Position numbers and translations under genes: made by a program | Shown: piece by piece, positions 1 through 9,663 of the stretch | Position numbering within the stretch: the first letter of the stretch is position 1 | Layout: every line of letters starts with the position of its first letter | Virus record (IMG/VR): IMGVR_UViG_3300042356_001581 | Origin: an uncultured virus (IMG/VR IMGVR_UViG_3300042356_001581) | Lineage: Duplodnaviria; Heunggongvirae; Uroviricota; Caudoviricetes | DNA length: 64,000 bases | Strand: one strand, 5' to 3' | The notes under the pieces: generated by a model | The model's input: only the letters and a program-made list of their open reading frames with translations | Databases searched by the model: none | Told to the model about the DNA's origin: nothing

Positions 1-182
1 AATTTCGTTTTTCATTTCAGAATGATTTTTTTGTTAAACTTATTTTTAATGATAATTATTTACAGAAATAATATCAAAGCCAAATTTATAGCATATATTG
101 AAATCAAAATTAATTAACGCCTAGTTTATCAATAAATAATCAAGTTGTAATTATTTATTTTTAGAATGTAAAAGTAGGAAGC

Positions 183-210
183 AAAAAAAAACGCACCGTA
201 TAGGTGCGCT
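183..210 (-). terminator. Rho-independent terminator after the lysis cassette
   Basis: Minus strand GCGCACC-TATAC-GGTGCGT hairpin followed by a T9 tract, just downstream of the stop at 216. Confidence 0.8.
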
Positions 211-215
211 TTGAA

Positions 216-653
216 TTAAGGTTTTATTATCAGCAGTGCGGTAGAAGCGACCCCTAACAAAGAAAAGAACTTGTAAAGGAATGTTGTTCGCTTTTGTTTT
301 GATAGTTCTTTTTTAAATGTTTTAGATATTTCCTCTTGCTTGGCAAACATTTCATCTTTTTTAGATATTATCAAATTCAGATTTTCTTTTTGCTTACCTA
401 AAGTTTTAATAATACTGTCTTTTAGAATAACTTCTTTCTGTTTTAAATCTAAATTACTCCTAACTAACTTTATTTCTGCTTTACAAAAATCTCCGCTTAC
501 AAGGTCTGTGGCTATCTTTCTTGCTATAATAGTATCTATACATACTAAGTCTGACTTAATGTCGCTACTTTTTGGTTTTGTACCTGTCTGTGAAATAACG
601 CTCATACATACGAGCATCATAAGACTTGAACTTATCAATTTCAATTTTTTCAT
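216..653 (-). CDS. Putative spanin-like lysis protein (signal peptide, coiled coil, C-terminal TM)
   Basis: Signal peptide ending ...SVISQ, coiled-coil body, hydrophobic C-terminus; overlaps the upstream TM/coiled-coil gene; follows holin and endolysin. Confidence 0.5.
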   Translation of the reverse strand: MKKLKLISSSLMMLVCMSVISQTGTKPKSSDIKSDLVCIDTIIARKIATDLVSGDFCKAEIKLVRSNLDLKQKEVILKDSIIKTLGKQKENLNLIISKKDEMFAKQEEISKTFKKELSKQKRTTFLYKFFSLLGVASTALLIIKP

Positions 654-936
654 CTTTTTTTAATTTATCTATTTTAATATTGTTTATTTTAACTACTTCG
701 TGAATTTGATTTATTCTTATATTGAATGTGTCAATTTTTTTATCTAAAGCCTTTTCAGATTCGTAAATAGCTTTTATCTCATCTTTTAGTAGTGTAATTT
801 CTTTTTTGATGTAGTCAACTTTTTGCGCCTCTTCACCAGTCTTAAATAAAATAAATACTTGAAAACAAAAAATAATTGCCATCAAAATGATAATGAAGTT
901 TAACTTGTCCGATAAAATGTTTTTTAAATTTTCCAT
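565..936 (-). CDS. Putative inner-membrane spanin-like protein
   Basis: N-terminal TM (FIIILMAIIFCFQVFILF) plus coiled coil, right after endolysin; start 936 preferred (alternative 948). Confidence 0.5.
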   Translation of the reverse strand: MENLKNILSDKLNFIIILMAIIFCFQVFILFKTGEEAQKVDYIKKEITLLKDEIKAIYESEKALDKKIDTFNIRINQIHEVVKINNIKIDKLKKDEKIEIDKFKSYDARMYERYFTDRYKTKK

Positions 937-937
937 A

Positions 938-1465
938 CTAACTTTCATTTTTAGAAATTACACCGTTACTTTCGAGTTTTATGACCCTTACGTTAGTTGG
1001 TTGTTTTACCTTCCAATTTGTACGTCTAATGCTGTTTAGCCTTGATTTTTCAATGCGAGTAACATTTACCATATTTGATTGGTTTCCGCCAAGAATATGA
1101 TAGCAAACATCATCTTCTCCAACATAGATACCAACGTGTCCACCACCATTTCTTTTAAACGTGAGAATATCTCCAAGCATTGCTACTGATTGCTTTGTGC
1201 CAAACTTACTCCAATTTAAAGCCCATAAAGCTTGTTTGGGTGTTAAATTAGTTTCTACATTTGCTCTTTTACATACTTCCGCCATAGCTAAACCGCACCA
1301 AGCTATTTCATCAGAGGTGTATATTTTTTCAAGACCTAAATTTTTAGCCCAACCCATTATAATATCACTATGGATATTCCCAACGATTTCTTTAGTTCCT
1401 AAAAGCAATTTTGCTTGAACTAAAATTTGAGGAGAACTCTCTTTACTTAAATAACTGTACGACAT
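938..1465 (-). CDS. Endolysin, TIGR02594-like NlpC/P60-CHAP peptidase
   Basis: DEIAWCG (catalytic Cys), GGGHVGIYVG (His), LGGNQSN motifs; adjacent to holin. Confidence 0.8.
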   Translation of the reverse strand: MSYSYLSKESSPQILVQAKLLLGTKEIVGNIHSDIIMGWAKNLGLEKIYTSDEIAWCGLAMAEVCKRANVETNLTPKQALWALNWSKFGTKQSVAMLGDILTFKRNGGGHVGIYVGEDDVCYHILGGNQSNMVNVTRIEKSRLNSIRRTNWKVKQPTNVRVIKLESNGVISKNES

Positions 1466-1466
1466 A

Positions 1467-1691
1467 TTATTCTACTGTTTGATTAATTTGTGAACTTCCT
1501 GTTTTTGCTTTCAAAATTCTTTCTACAATACTTGTTGCACCCTCAAGTGAAATATAGATTGAGGATATAATAACCCAATCTGAACTTTGAACATTTCCTG
1601 TAAAAAGCGCAACCGAAGCAATCATAAATACTAATAGCTTACGGCTAATCCATTTAGATTGCACTTTGTCAATAAATTCTTGTTTACTCAT
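1467..1691 (-). CDS. Putative holin
   Basis: 74 aa, SRKLLV followed by two hydrophobic helices, directly upstream of endolysin. Confidence 0.6.
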   Translation of the reverse strand: MSKQEFIDKVQSKWISRKLLVFMIASVALFTGNVQSSDWVIISSIYISLEGATSIVERILKAKTGSSQINQTVE

Positions 1692-1770
1692 AACTTTAAT
1701 TTTTATTGATTAATATTCAGTTAATTAAAGCTTCTTGGTTTATATTTTTTTTTAACAAAAATAATGAAAA

Positions 1771-2586
1771 TTATCCAACATACTGTTTCATTAATAATTG
1801 AGTTTTATGTTTTAAAGCCCCCTCAAGGGTTAATGGCTTTGTGGAAACAAGTGGATTTTTAACAGTTAAAGGGACTAATAATTTCTTTTGATTAGCAATA
1901 AGGTAGGTTTCTATTATTCTTTGAAACCTTTTTCTGTCTTTTACTAAAACTTTTTCATCATCAATATCAACGTATGTAAAAACTCTTTTATCGCCCTCTT
2001 CATATTGTGTGTTAATATACGCTTCAACTAATAATAGCAATTCTAATTTTTCCTCAAATTTATTCCTATGTTTAATTACATCGTCTGTAATTTTATGAAA
2101 TCTAATCCAATTCAAATTTTGCCATATTTTAGGAGAAATACGTCCTATTGACTGAAAATGAAGAATAATATCTGTATCTGTATGTCTATTGGTGCAAATA
2201 GCACCAACAAGGTCATTCGGCAAGTAGTCACTAACATATCTATTAATGTCTTCGATAAGCAATAATCCGCCTCTGTAGTCGTTTAGTATTTTAAACAATA
2301 CTTCTTGAATTTCTCTTAAAGTCATTCTGACACCGTTATCGTGGAACGGTCTAATTCGTCTTGCTTCAATTTTAGGGTGCGCCGAAAATCTAACAATGTC
2401 GGATTGTTTTAATGCCTTTATATCTTCAAATTCATCGTTAACGTCAAGAATTAACGCACGTCTTGCAGGGATTCCTTTGGCGGGATTTCCTAATACATAT
2501 TGTTTAATCATCTTGGTAGTAGTATAGGTTTTTCCACAACCCTTCCTACCTACAGCAACCCCTAATTTTGGTTCTCTAACTTCCAT
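1771..2586 (-). CDS. A32/P9-like FtsK-HerA superfamily genome packaging ATPase
   Basis: Walker A GRKGCGKT at the extreme N-terminus, Walker B LLLIED, Arg-finger NRH, then IILHFQS (conserved Gln); 271 aa with no nuclease domain. Confidence 0.7.
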   Translation of the reverse strand: MEVREPKLGVAVGRKGCGKTYTTTKMIKQYVLGNPAKGIPARRALILDVNDEFEDIKALKQSDIVRFSAHPKIEARRIRPFHDNGVRMTLREIQEVLFKILNDYRGGLLLIEDINRYVSDYLPNDLVGAICTNRHTDTDIILHFQSIGRISPKIWQNLNWIRFHKITDDVIKHRNKFEEKLELLLLVEAYINTQYEEGDKRVFTYVDIDDEKVLVKDRKRFQRIIETYLIANQKKLLVPLTVKNPLVSTKPLTLEGALKHKTQLLMKQYVG

Positions 2587-2587
2587 A

Positions 2588-2701
2588 TTATATCGCTTGT
2601 TTAAGTCTGTAAATAAATATAATTAACCAAATTACTAATACCAGCAAAACAACCCACATAGGGTTGTTATTGCTTGGCTTATTTGCTGAATTTGCGTTCA
2701 T
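2588..2701 (-). CDS. 37-aa single-TM protein (not in ORF track)
   Basis: MNANSANKPSNNNPMWVVLLVLVIWLIIFIYRLKQAI*; fills the gap immediately upstream of the ATPase. Confidence 0.55.
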   Translation of the reverse strand: MNANSANKPSNNNPMWVVLLVLVIWLIIFIYRLKQAI

Positions 2702-2703
2702 AA

Positions 2704-3798
2704 TTATTTTTTACCTCTTGGTTTTCTTAAAGCGGTTGTTCTTACCTTTCTAACAGGTTTAGTAGGGTCTTTTTTGCTCAATCTTTCTAATTCTGACATA
2801 ATTAATGGGTCTCCGTATTGAGGCATACCAGCTACGTCTTGAAAACTCTCTGTAAAACCTTGTTTGTCTTTTAAGTTGCTGAAAACCTCTTGTTCTTCTG
2901 GCTCAAAGTAAGTTAACTGCTCATCTAAATTTGTTTGAGGTTTTCTTCTAACAGGTTTTTCGTTTTTCTGTTTTTTAACAGGCTCACTAATTACCTCTGC
3001 TATGTTATCAGAGTAGTCCACATCAAAATTTCTTGATGGTTCTTGGTATGTTTGTTGAGAGCTTGGTCTTTCTTGATACGCTTGTTGAGGTGCAGGTGCA
3101 GGAGGTGCTTGAGTTCTAATTGTATTTTCTCTAATTGCCATCGTATTTTCTTTCAATGAATCTAAAATACCATTGGCGGTTTTTCGCAACATAAATGCTT
3201 GTGCGCCTTTCGCACCTAAATCGGTTACGAAATAGTAAGCCAATAATTGCTCATCAGTCATACCAATTCCACGTTTTTTGAAAACACGAATTAATGGTGG
3301 TCTTACCTTCTCTTTGAATTCATCACTAACTAGAAACGCATCTTTAATACTTTCGTTATATTCTACGGCAAAGTCTTTAACAGGCATACCACCTGCTTCT
3401 GTTTGAAGTTGGATTGAAGGGTCGATTTCTCCCTCTGCTATTAATTTGTCAAGTTTATCTTCACTTATTTCGGGGATTTTACCCATATAGAAACAAGCCT
3501 TGTCATAAATGTCTAACGTCATATCCGCCATCATTTCCGCACCCATAGTTTTTTCTTTTCCATCTAATTCACTGTAAGACGGATTAAAAGGTCTTTCGGG
3601 TTCGGAAGATTCTTCTTCGGAAGTACCATCAAGGTCTGAAAAACTAGGTCTTTCAAAGCTAGGCTCTTCCAAGTCTTGCATAACTTGGCTTTCATCTATT
3701 TTGTGTTGAGTGTATGCCCTTTGTTTTACAGGGGCATCTAATGGAGAGAAGTCATCATTAATTATCTCTACATCTTGGTAGTCGTCTTGGTTAATCAT
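2704..3798 (-). CDS. Hypothetical protein (acidic N-terminus, basic C-terminus)
   Basis: 364-aa ORF tightly packed in the operon. Confidence 0.6.
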   Translation of the reverse strand: MINQDDYQDVEIINDDFSPLDAPVKQRAYTQHKIDESQVMQDLEEPSFERPSFSDLDGTSEEESSEPERPFNPSYSELDGKEKTMGAEMMADMTLDIYDKACFYMGKIPEISEDKLDKLIAEGEIDPSIQLQTEAGGMPVKDFAVEYNESIKDAFLVSDEFKEKVRPPLIRVFKKRGIGMTDEQLLAYYFVTDLGAKGAQAFMLRKTANGILDSLKENTMAIRENTIRTQAPPAPAPQQAYQERPSSQQTYQEPSRNFDVDYSDNIAEVISEPVKKQKNEKPVRRKPQTNLDEQLTYFEPEEQEVFSNLKDKQGFTESFQDVAGMPQYGDPLIMSELERLSKKDPTKPVRKVRTTALRKPRGKK

Positions 3799-4234
3799 TT
3801 TTTATTTTATTTTTAATAGTTTCAGTTATCGTTTTTATTTTTTCCAATACTTGCCTGTCTTGGGGATGGTTTGAATTTAATCTGATTATTTCTTGCTTAT
3901 ACAAAGAAACAGCCTCATCTGATTTTTTCAAAATATATGAAATATCAGAATTACTTAAATTCATTTCCTTTTGGATTATAAAAGCAGAAACGCCTATCGT
4001 TACTCTTCTTCCTGTTTTTCTATTGTTGTCGAAGAATTCACTTAAGCTAATTCCAAATTCATCACAGACTGTTTTTATAATTTCTAAACATCTGTTTATT
4101 TGGGCTTCGTTTATGTTTGTAGTAGTCAGCCTTGAATATTTTAAGATTTCAAGGAGTTTTTCTGTTCCGATTACTTGGATAGTCTTATCCAATTCCTTTA
4201 AAACCTTTGATACGTTGTTAGTTTCTTGTTCCAT
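3791..4234 (-). CDS. DnaA C-terminal-like HTH protein
   Basis: IIKTVCDEFGISLSEF...LSNSDISYILKKS resembles DnaA domain IV-type HTH. Confidence 0.45.
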   Translation of the reverse strand: MEQETNNVSKVLKELDKTIQVIGTEKLLEILKYSRLTTTNINEAQINRCLEIIKTVCDEFGISLSEFFDNNRKTGRRVTIGVSAFIIQKEMNLSNSDISYILKKSDEAVSLYKQEIIRLNSNHPQDRQVLEKIKTITETIKNKIKND

Positions 4235-4236
4235 AT

Positions 4237-4623
4237 TTATTGTGTTAAATATTCGTCAATAATTTCCTTCGTCATATCAAAACCCCAAGAAAAAACTGCC
4301 TTATAACCTTTTGAAGTTAATTTCTGCAAACATTCGTGCTGTAGTTTTAAATGGTCTTTTGTAGAAGCCTTTATAGTGCCGTCTTTTTTGAAAGGAGTTT
4401 GTATTTTAAGCTCTATAAACAAACCAAAAAAGTTGTGTCGAGGTTCAAAAATAATCAAATCAGGCATTTTAAAATTATTCTTTTGAATAAGTTTATTACG
4501 ACTTGCTTGTCTATCGGTTAGCTTTACAGAGGCAATAGTGTCTGAAAAAAAATCTATTTCAGGATACTGGTAAGATAAATAACGTGCTACCGACTTTTGT
4601 AGTTCATATTCCTCGTGTTTCAT
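4237..4623 (-). CDS. VRR-NUC family PD-(D/E)xK nuclease
   Basis: EYELQ...MPDLIIF...GLFIELK...Q...GYKAVF pattern. Confidence 0.75.
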   Translation of the reverse strand: MKHEEYELQKSVARYLSYQYPEIDFFSDTIASVKLTDRQASRNKLIQKNNFKMPDLIIFEPRHNFFGLFIELKIQTPFKKDGTIKASTKDHLKLQHECLQKLTSKGYKAVFSWGFDMTKEIIDEYLTQ

Positions 4624-4668
4624 ATTAGTTGTTGTTGGTTCTTGGTGTTGTTTTAATATTTTTTAATT

Positions 4669-5316
4669 TTATATTCCATATTTTTTTGCGAATTCAGGAT
4701 GTTTTAAAATTTCTTTTGCAAGTTCTTTTGCGCCATCGTTGTCGCTTGAATAATGATGTCCTAAATAAACCCTACTATATGAAATATCTTCGATAAGCTC
4801 TTTACAGAATGGATATTCAGTTGGATTTTTATTTCCAATTACATTTAGTAGCACAACTGCTTGTAAGCAATGTCCGCTTGGAAAAGAAGGACTATGTGCT
4901 GAAAAACTTTTATAAGGAAACAATTTCAGCTTATAGTATTGAGCTATTTGTTTCGGTCTTGGTCTTTGATAATAATACTTTAGTTTATAAATTAAACCTT
5001 GAATATCTTCTACAATATCAATACATAATTCTTCAACATCAATATTTTTTTCCTTAAATATGCCTGTCAATGCCTGTATTAAATTTCTATCGTAAGACTG
5101 GTATCTTTTTAAGAAACTTTGGTTTTCAGGTTGCGCCATTGTTGATAAACAATCTACAATTTCATTTAGTTCGTCTTTAACTAATTCCGAATCATTTTTA
5201 GGAAAAGTCAAAGTATTTTTTAATTTTTCAAATAAGTCGTCAGTCAGCCCTTTTTTCTGTATAAAATCTATTTCTTGTACAGTTGGATTGCCATAAGTTA
5301 TATCGTTAAATTCCAT
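4669..5316 (-). CDS. PAP2/haloperoxidase-family phosphatase
   Basis: KYYYQRPRP, SFPSGH, SRVYLGHHYSSD match the three PAP2 motifs. Confidence 0.85.
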   Translation of the reverse strand: MEFNDITYGNPTVQEIDFIQKKGLTDDLFEKLKNTLTFPKNDSELVKDELNEIVDCLSTMAQPENQSFLKRYQSYDRNLIQALTGIFKEKNIDVEELCIDIVEDIQGLIYKLKYYYQRPRPKQIAQYYKLKLFPYKSFSAHSPSFPSGHCLQAVVLLNVIGNKNPTEYPFCKELIEDISYSRVYLGHHYSSDNDGAKELAKEILKHPEFAKKYGI

Positions 5317-5329
5317 AAATTATACTTTA

Positions 5330-5668
5330 CTATGTTCGGATTAAACAATTTTCCATAAACTTATCATAAGTACTTTGTCTTTCTTGTTCTGAACGGAAAC
5401 GTTTGTTTTTAGAAAATTTAACCCAATTTTCTTTGCAAACAGCCAAGTTTGGGTCAACTAATGTTTCTCCGCCTTTTACAACTGATGTTACTGAAGTATC
5501 ACTTTTACTTTTTGTCGAAATAGGTGGTACTGTTAGCGAAGACGTATCTGTAAGACTTGTTGCCCCAGTTGTTTCATTTGAAACAGAGTTTTTCTTATTC
5601 ATAACGCCTACTAATAAGTACCCAACTACTGCTCCTGCACCTACTAAAATAAAATCTCTTGTGTTCAT
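5330..5668 (-). CDS. Small N-terminally anchored membrane protein with Cys pair
   Basis: FILVGAGAVVGYLLV TM; C...C in C-terminal domain. Confidence 0.6.
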   Translation of the reverse strand: MNTRDFILVGAGAVVGYLLVGVMNKKNSVSNETTGATSLTDTSSLTVPPISTKSKSDTSVTSVVKGGETLVDPNLAVCKENWVKFSKNKRFRSEQERQSTYDKFMENCLIRT

Positions 5669-5679
5669 ATTTTTTTGAT

Positions 5680-5928
5680 TTATGAATTATTCATACATTC
5701 TTCAATTTTGCTTTTCTTGTAAGCATCTAAATCAACGCCATTTTTAAATTTAGATTGCTCCATAACTTTATTTGCTTTTGCTTCACAATCTTTATACTTT
5801 TGAGAAAATACATAGTTAGTTTCATCAGTTGAATTTGCTAAAACCGAACTTCTTTTGTCCCATTGATTTTTTAAAAAGTAACCAGCTACAAAACCAAGAG
5901 CAAACATTACTACATCGTTAGTTTTCAT
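5680..5928 (-). CDS. Small N-terminally anchored membrane protein with Cys pair
   Basis: VVMFALGFVAGYFL TM; CEAK...EEC. Confidence 0.6.
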   Translation of the reverse strand: MKTNDVVMFALGFVAGYFLKNQWDKRSSVLANSTDETNYVFSQKYKDCEAKANKVMEQSKFKNGVDLDAYKKSKIEECMNNS

Positions 5929-5933
5929 AACGA

Positions 5934-6071
5934 TTATTTTGCCTTATAAACAGTTAAGCCTGTTTTAGTTTTTGATGCTACATAAGTCTTACCATTATAC
6001 TCGAAAGACTCTGAATTACTCTTTTTGGCTTCCAACATTGCTTTGAAATACCCATTTACCGCTTTTGCCAT
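5934..6071 (-). CDS. 45-aa basic protein (not in ORF track)
   Basis: MAKAVNGYFKAMLEAKKSNSESFEYNGKTYVASKTKTGLTVYKAK*. Confidence 0.55.
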   Translation of the reverse strand: MAKAVNGYFKAMLEAKKSNSESFEYNGKTYVASKTKTGLTVYKAK

Positions 6072-6094
6072 AATTTCTATTTTTTTAATTGTTT

Positions 6095-6274
6095 TTATTT
6101 TTTTGTTTGTTTTGTGATTATTCTATTAATAGTTAGATATTCGTGAAAGCCGTTTTTTCCGTAATTACCTTTCTTTTTTTCTTTTTCTAATCTTTTTTCT
6201 GCACTAATCTTAGACTTATAACTACCCAAAGTTATTTTTCTACCCCCTACTTCATAAACAACAGTATAATTCAT
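6095..6274 (-). CDS. 59-aa basic hypothetical protein (not in ORF track)
   Basis: MNYTVVYEVGGRKITLGSYKSKISAEKRLEKEKKKGNYG...; packed between neighbours. Confidence 0.45.
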   Translation of the reverse strand: MNYTVVYEVGGRKITLGSYKSKISAEKRLEKEKKKGNYGKNGFHEYLTINRIITKQTKK

Positions 6275-6278
6275 TTTT

Positions 6279-6461
6279 CTATTTTTTAAATAATTTTAAT
6301 ATCCTTTGAACATTTTTCCCGTCATACGGTACTTTACCGTTTAACCAATTTTGTCTTGCTTCGCAACCACAATCTTCTACGACTGCTTCTACAACTGCTT
6401 TTATTCCTGTGAATTTAGTAATTTTCCCAATGGTGTCGCCTAAACCCTTACTTTTTTCCAT
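6279..6461 (-). CDS. Small phage protein with DCGC motif
   Basis: SKGLGDTI.K.TKFTGIK...DCGCEARQNWLN, a small-protein type I recall from Bacteroidota phages. Confidence 0.6.
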   Translation of the reverse strand: MEKSKGLGDTIGKITKFTGIKAVVEAVVEDCGCEARQNWLNGKVPYDGKNVQRILKLFKK

Positions 6462-6607
6462 TGTTTTATTTTGTTGTTATATACTTGGTTTATTATTATT
6501 TAGGTAAAGATATTATTTTTTTTTAAATAATAACTATTTTAATGCCTATGCTATTTTATATAATCTTTACTAAGAAATTCTAATTAGCTTTGCTTTTGGC
6601 AATTAGC

Positions 6608-6940
6608 TTATGTGTTTGAATATCTTTGACCCAATGCTTTTTTAACATTGTATTTCACTTCTTCAACATCATCTACTAGATTCAAGAACTCATCGTTTGG
6701 CTTTTTATCCTCGTTGAGTTTTGCTATTGCTTTTCTGTAATACGTTATTCCATAAAATGAAAAAGCAAACAAAAGTCCAAATAACAAAATGCTTTTTAAG
6801 TCCATAGGTTTTTGACTTGACATATTCTCAAATACATCGTCTCCACCACCTGATGTTGGTGCTACTGATTGAACAGGAGCTACCGCTTGAACTGGTGCTA
6901 CTGGTGCTACTGGTGCTACTGCTGAAATTTCATTTTCCAT
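6608..6940 (-). CDS. Membrane protein with APV repeats
   Basis: (VAP)n N-terminus, central TM. Confidence 0.6.
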   Translation of the reverse strand: MENEISAVAPVAPVAPVQAVAPVQSVAPTSGGGDDVFENMSSQKPMDLKSILLFGLLFAFSFYGITYYRKAIAKLNEDKKPNDEFLNLVDDVEEVKYNVKKALGQRYSNT

Positions 6941-6946
6941 AACTTT

Positions 6947-7225
6947 TTATTTATTAATTTTTTCTCCACTTTGAGTTATTTTTCCCTCTGAAATCATTCT
7001 ATCTCTTTGGTCTTTTACCTCCATATCTCTAACTCTTTCTGACAATTCTCTTGCTCTTTTTGCTTGTTCTTTTGTAATTTGAAAACCAATAATAAGACCT
7101 AATACAGAGCCAATTGCAATTCCATAGCCTTTTGATAATTTCAAATTTTTATGCAACGTAAAGCCTGAAATACCGCCTAATACTAAACCAATTATTGTAC
7201 TTTTGTGTCCCTCAATTTCAAACAT
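6947..7225 (-). CDS. Small two-TM glycine-zipper protein
   Basis: IIGLVLGGISG and GIAIGSVLGLIIG. Confidence 0.55.
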   Translation of the reverse strand: MFEIEGHKSTIIGLVLGGISGFTLHKNLKLSKGYGIAIGSVLGLIIGFQITKEQAKRARELSERVRDMEVKDQRDRMISEGKITQSGEKINK

Positions 7226-7229
7226 AATT

Positions 7230-7496
7230 TTATTTATTAAATTTTTTATATGCGAAGTACCCTAATACCATTACTCCAGCCGTAACTAATATGTAATATA
7301 TTGGTTCTTTTGGAATATATGGCTCTAATGATTTAACTCCACCATTATTTTTACAAGGTGCATCTGTTTTGCTATAATCTCCAAAACCAGTAGTACCATC
7401 ATTACAAGTTAATTTCATTGTTACCTCTTGTCTATATGTACTACTTTGTTCTGCTTGTTTTAAGTAACCTAGAGGTTGATTTGGCATTTGGCTCAT
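7230..7496 (-). CDS. Small C-terminally anchored membrane protein
   Basis: Ends AGVMVLGYFAYKKFNK; Cys pair. Confidence 0.6.
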   Translation of the reverse strand: MSQMPNQPLGYLKQAEQSSTYRQEVTMKLTCNDGTTGFGDYSKTDAPCKNNGGVKSLEPYIPKEPIYYILVTAGVMVLGYFAYKKFNK

Positions 7497-7500
7497 AATC

Positions 7501-8064
7501 TTAATTTTTATATTTTTTATATGCGAAGTACCCTAATACTAACACTCCAGCGATTAGCAAGTTGGTTTTGTTTTTTTGTAAAAATGTTTGTGGTAGCGTT
7601 TGATTTTCTGAAACTCCACTATCCGAGTTTATAGTCACTTTTTCAACATTCGGTGTTAAGATTGTTTTACCAAAGCTAATATTTTCTTTACTTAACTCCG
7701 TATTATCTAAAACTTTTGTTAAATAAGAAATTGGAACTGCTAAATTTTGTTCTGAAATAGGCAACTTTGCTCTGTCGCCATAAAACTCTTGAACATTAAT
7801 GACATCGCCAATTTTATAATTATAATGTTTATATTCAACGCAAGGATTATAACTACCCATACTACCTTGATATTTATTACAAACACTTTGCGTATAATTT
7901 TTTACAAATCTATATTTGCCTTTAATTCCTTTATTATTATTTTCTTGTGAAGGTGTATTTCCAGAAAGAATATCTTTTATATTTATATTTTCTAAAAAAA
8001 GACTACCAGACTTTTTAACATAAGGAAATGTTCCATTTATATCTGAATTTTCTACTTGACTCAT
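7501..8064 (-). CDS. C-terminally anchored membrane protein
   Basis: Ends AGVLVLGYFAYKKYKN, near-identical to the neighbour's anchor. Confidence 0.6.
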   Translation of the reverse strand: MSQVENSDINGTFPYVKKSGSLFLENINIKDILSGNTPSQENNNKGIKGKYRFVKNYTQSVCNKYQGSMGSYNPCVEYKHYNYKIGDVINVQEFYGDRAKLPISEQNLAVPISYLTKVLDNTELSKENISFGKTILTPNVEKVTINSDSGVSENQTLPQTFLQKNKTNLLIAGVLVLGYFAYKKYKN

Positions 8065-8070
8065 AATTTT

Positions 8071-8499
8071 TTATTTTTTAAATGCCTTAACAATTAGTAA
8101 TATTCCCGCCAAGCCACCTATTCCAGCATAAACTATTTTATGGTCTTTTAAGTGCTGAACAAACTTTTGTTTGGTTGATGCAGTTACAGCAAGTTTAGTA
8201 GAAGCATTAGAGGGCTTTTTACCTACGTTAACTACAACTTCTTGCAATTCTTCTACATCATCAGCTAACTTTATTTTTTGTCCTTGTAACTCACTTGCTT
8301 TACGAAATGTAGGTTTGTAACCAATGTAAGAAATCCTAAATTGAGATTCAGGACTAATACTTGCATTTTCTAAAACAAATTTACCGTCTAAATCAGATTG
8401 CGTACCCATTTTATTAGCACTATCACCTGTAATAATGGTGATATTTGCAAAAGCCATTGGTTCGTTACCTGTATCTAAAACTTGTCCAAATATTTTCAT
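8071..8499 (-). CDS. Carboxypeptidase-regulatory-like (CarbopepD_reg) domain protein with C-terminal TM
   Basis: GQVLD.GNEPMAFANI...GTQSDLDGKF.L...ISYIGYK...LQEVVV; typical of Bacteroidota. Confidence 0.75.
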   Translation of the reverse strand: MKIFGQVLDTGNEPMAFANITIITGDSANKMGTQSDLDGKFVLENASISPESQFRISYIGYKPTFRKASELQGQKIKLADDVEELQEVVVNVGKKPSNASTKLAVTASTKQKFVQHLKDHKIVYAGIGGLAGILLIVKAFKK

Positions 8500-8693
8500 T
8501 ACACTTTTCCTCCTGTTAATCTTCTAATTGTGTAATAATTAACAATTGCACCTAATGTAAAAGATACAATGCCTACTACAACAAAAATTGTAGATAAATG
8601 CTGATGGATTTGTTTATTGACATCTTTTTTTATTGTCGAGTCAATTTCTCCGTTTGATGTTCCTGTTTGACTATTTTGAACTGCCTCTACCAT
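8499..8693 (-). CDS. Small membrane protein
   Basis: TM IFVVVGIVSFTLGAIV; ATG at 8693 preferred over TTG at 8720. Confidence 0.5.
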   Translation of the reverse strand: MVEAVQNSQTGTSNGEIDSTIKKDVNKQIHQHLSTIFVVVGIVSFTLGAIVNYYTIRRLTGGKV

Positions 8694-9369
8694 ATTTGTA
8701 ATATAATGTTGCTCCAGCAACTATTAATAAAATTCCAATTGTAATTTTTGATTTATCCCCAGTCGATAATGCGTAAGGTTTGTTTAAAAGATAAAAACCG
8801 TCTAAACGATTAATCCATCCTTTAATGTTAGATGGCTGATTAAATGAAACGTAAAGACTTTTTCTAAAATCATAAAGTTTTTCAAATAATTCTGGTGTTT
8901 TACCTTTTTCATCTATTTCATTTACATAATCTACAATTTGGGTAATGTTGTCAAAACTCTTATTGTATTCTTCTCTGAAAAAATTTTTAAGATATGGAAT
9001 AGCTCCTTTTTTTGCGCTATTACTATTACTCCCCACTCCACTTCCCCAAGCCATTTCTACAAAAGTATTTGCAATAGCTTGATTTTTTATCCTATCGCCT
9101 TGAATTGGATTCCAAAACCCTTCTTTATATATTTTAGCCCAAATATCATTTGGCATTTCAATAAAATTATCACAAGTAGCTGAATACTTTAGCTTACTTG
9201 CTAGTTCTTTAAAAGTTGCCCATTGAATACCCTTATTTGTATGATACGGTTTCCCATTAGAGCCATTACCACAATTAGATGGATTTCTTGATGCAGTATC
9301 AGAAGTAGCAGAGCTTAATCCCCCCTCTTTGTCTTTTATAAAACTAACTATTTTTGTATGTACAGCCAT
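8671..9369 (-). CDS. Glycoside hydrolase 108-like muramidase with C-terminal TM
   Basis: KEGG...D...TNKGI...IYKEGFW...GWINRL; C-terminal ITIGILLIVAGATLYY. Confidence 0.75.
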   Translation of the reverse strand: MAVHTKIVSFIKDKEGGLSSATSDTASRNPSNCGNGSNGKPYHTNKGIQWATFKELASKLKYSATCDNFIEMPNDIWAKIYKEGFWNPIQGDRIKNQAIANTFVEMAWGSGVGSNSNSAKKGAIPYLKNFFREEYNKSFDNITQIVDYVNEIDEKGKTPELFEKLYDFRKSLYVSFNQPSNIKGWINRLDGFYLLNKPYALSTGDKSKITIGILLIVAGATLYYKYGRGSSK

Positions 9370-9663
9370 TTACCACAATATTTTATCAGCATACCAACCA
9401 TTTGTTCCCGTTTTATGACGGTCTTTTTCGTGACGTTGCTTATATAATTTTCTTCTTTCTTTGGCGTACCCTTTTGGATAATACCCTTTATTTTCTTTGT
9501 CTAAATAGGTTGGGTAATCATTCATACCTCTCGCCCCTATTGAAGCAATTTTTTTACCATTCTTAAAAACATCAATTTTTTTTAGGATATTTGATGATGG
9601 CTTTATAACCACCCCCAACTCCTTTGCCTTTCTGAAGCTATATGGTAAAATTTTGTAAGCCAT
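9370..9663 (-). CDS. DUF5754-like basic protein
   Basis: KKIDVF...IGARGMNDY...RRKLYKQRH...GWYADKILW; ATG at 9663 overlaps upstream stop (TAATG). Confidence 0.6.
   Translation of the reverse strand: MAYKILPYSFRKAKELGVVIKPSSNILKKIDVFKNGKKIASIGARGMNDYPTYLDKENKGYYPKGYAKERRKLYKQRHEKDRHKTGTNGWYADKILW

Noticed and set aside
1..88. Gene starting at 15 (MKNEI...) with TAAATTTG at 81-88
   Set aside because: Plausible, but only five codons are inside the window
1771..2586. Terminase large subunit
   Set aside because: Too short, no nuclease domain, motif order fits FtsK-HerA/A32
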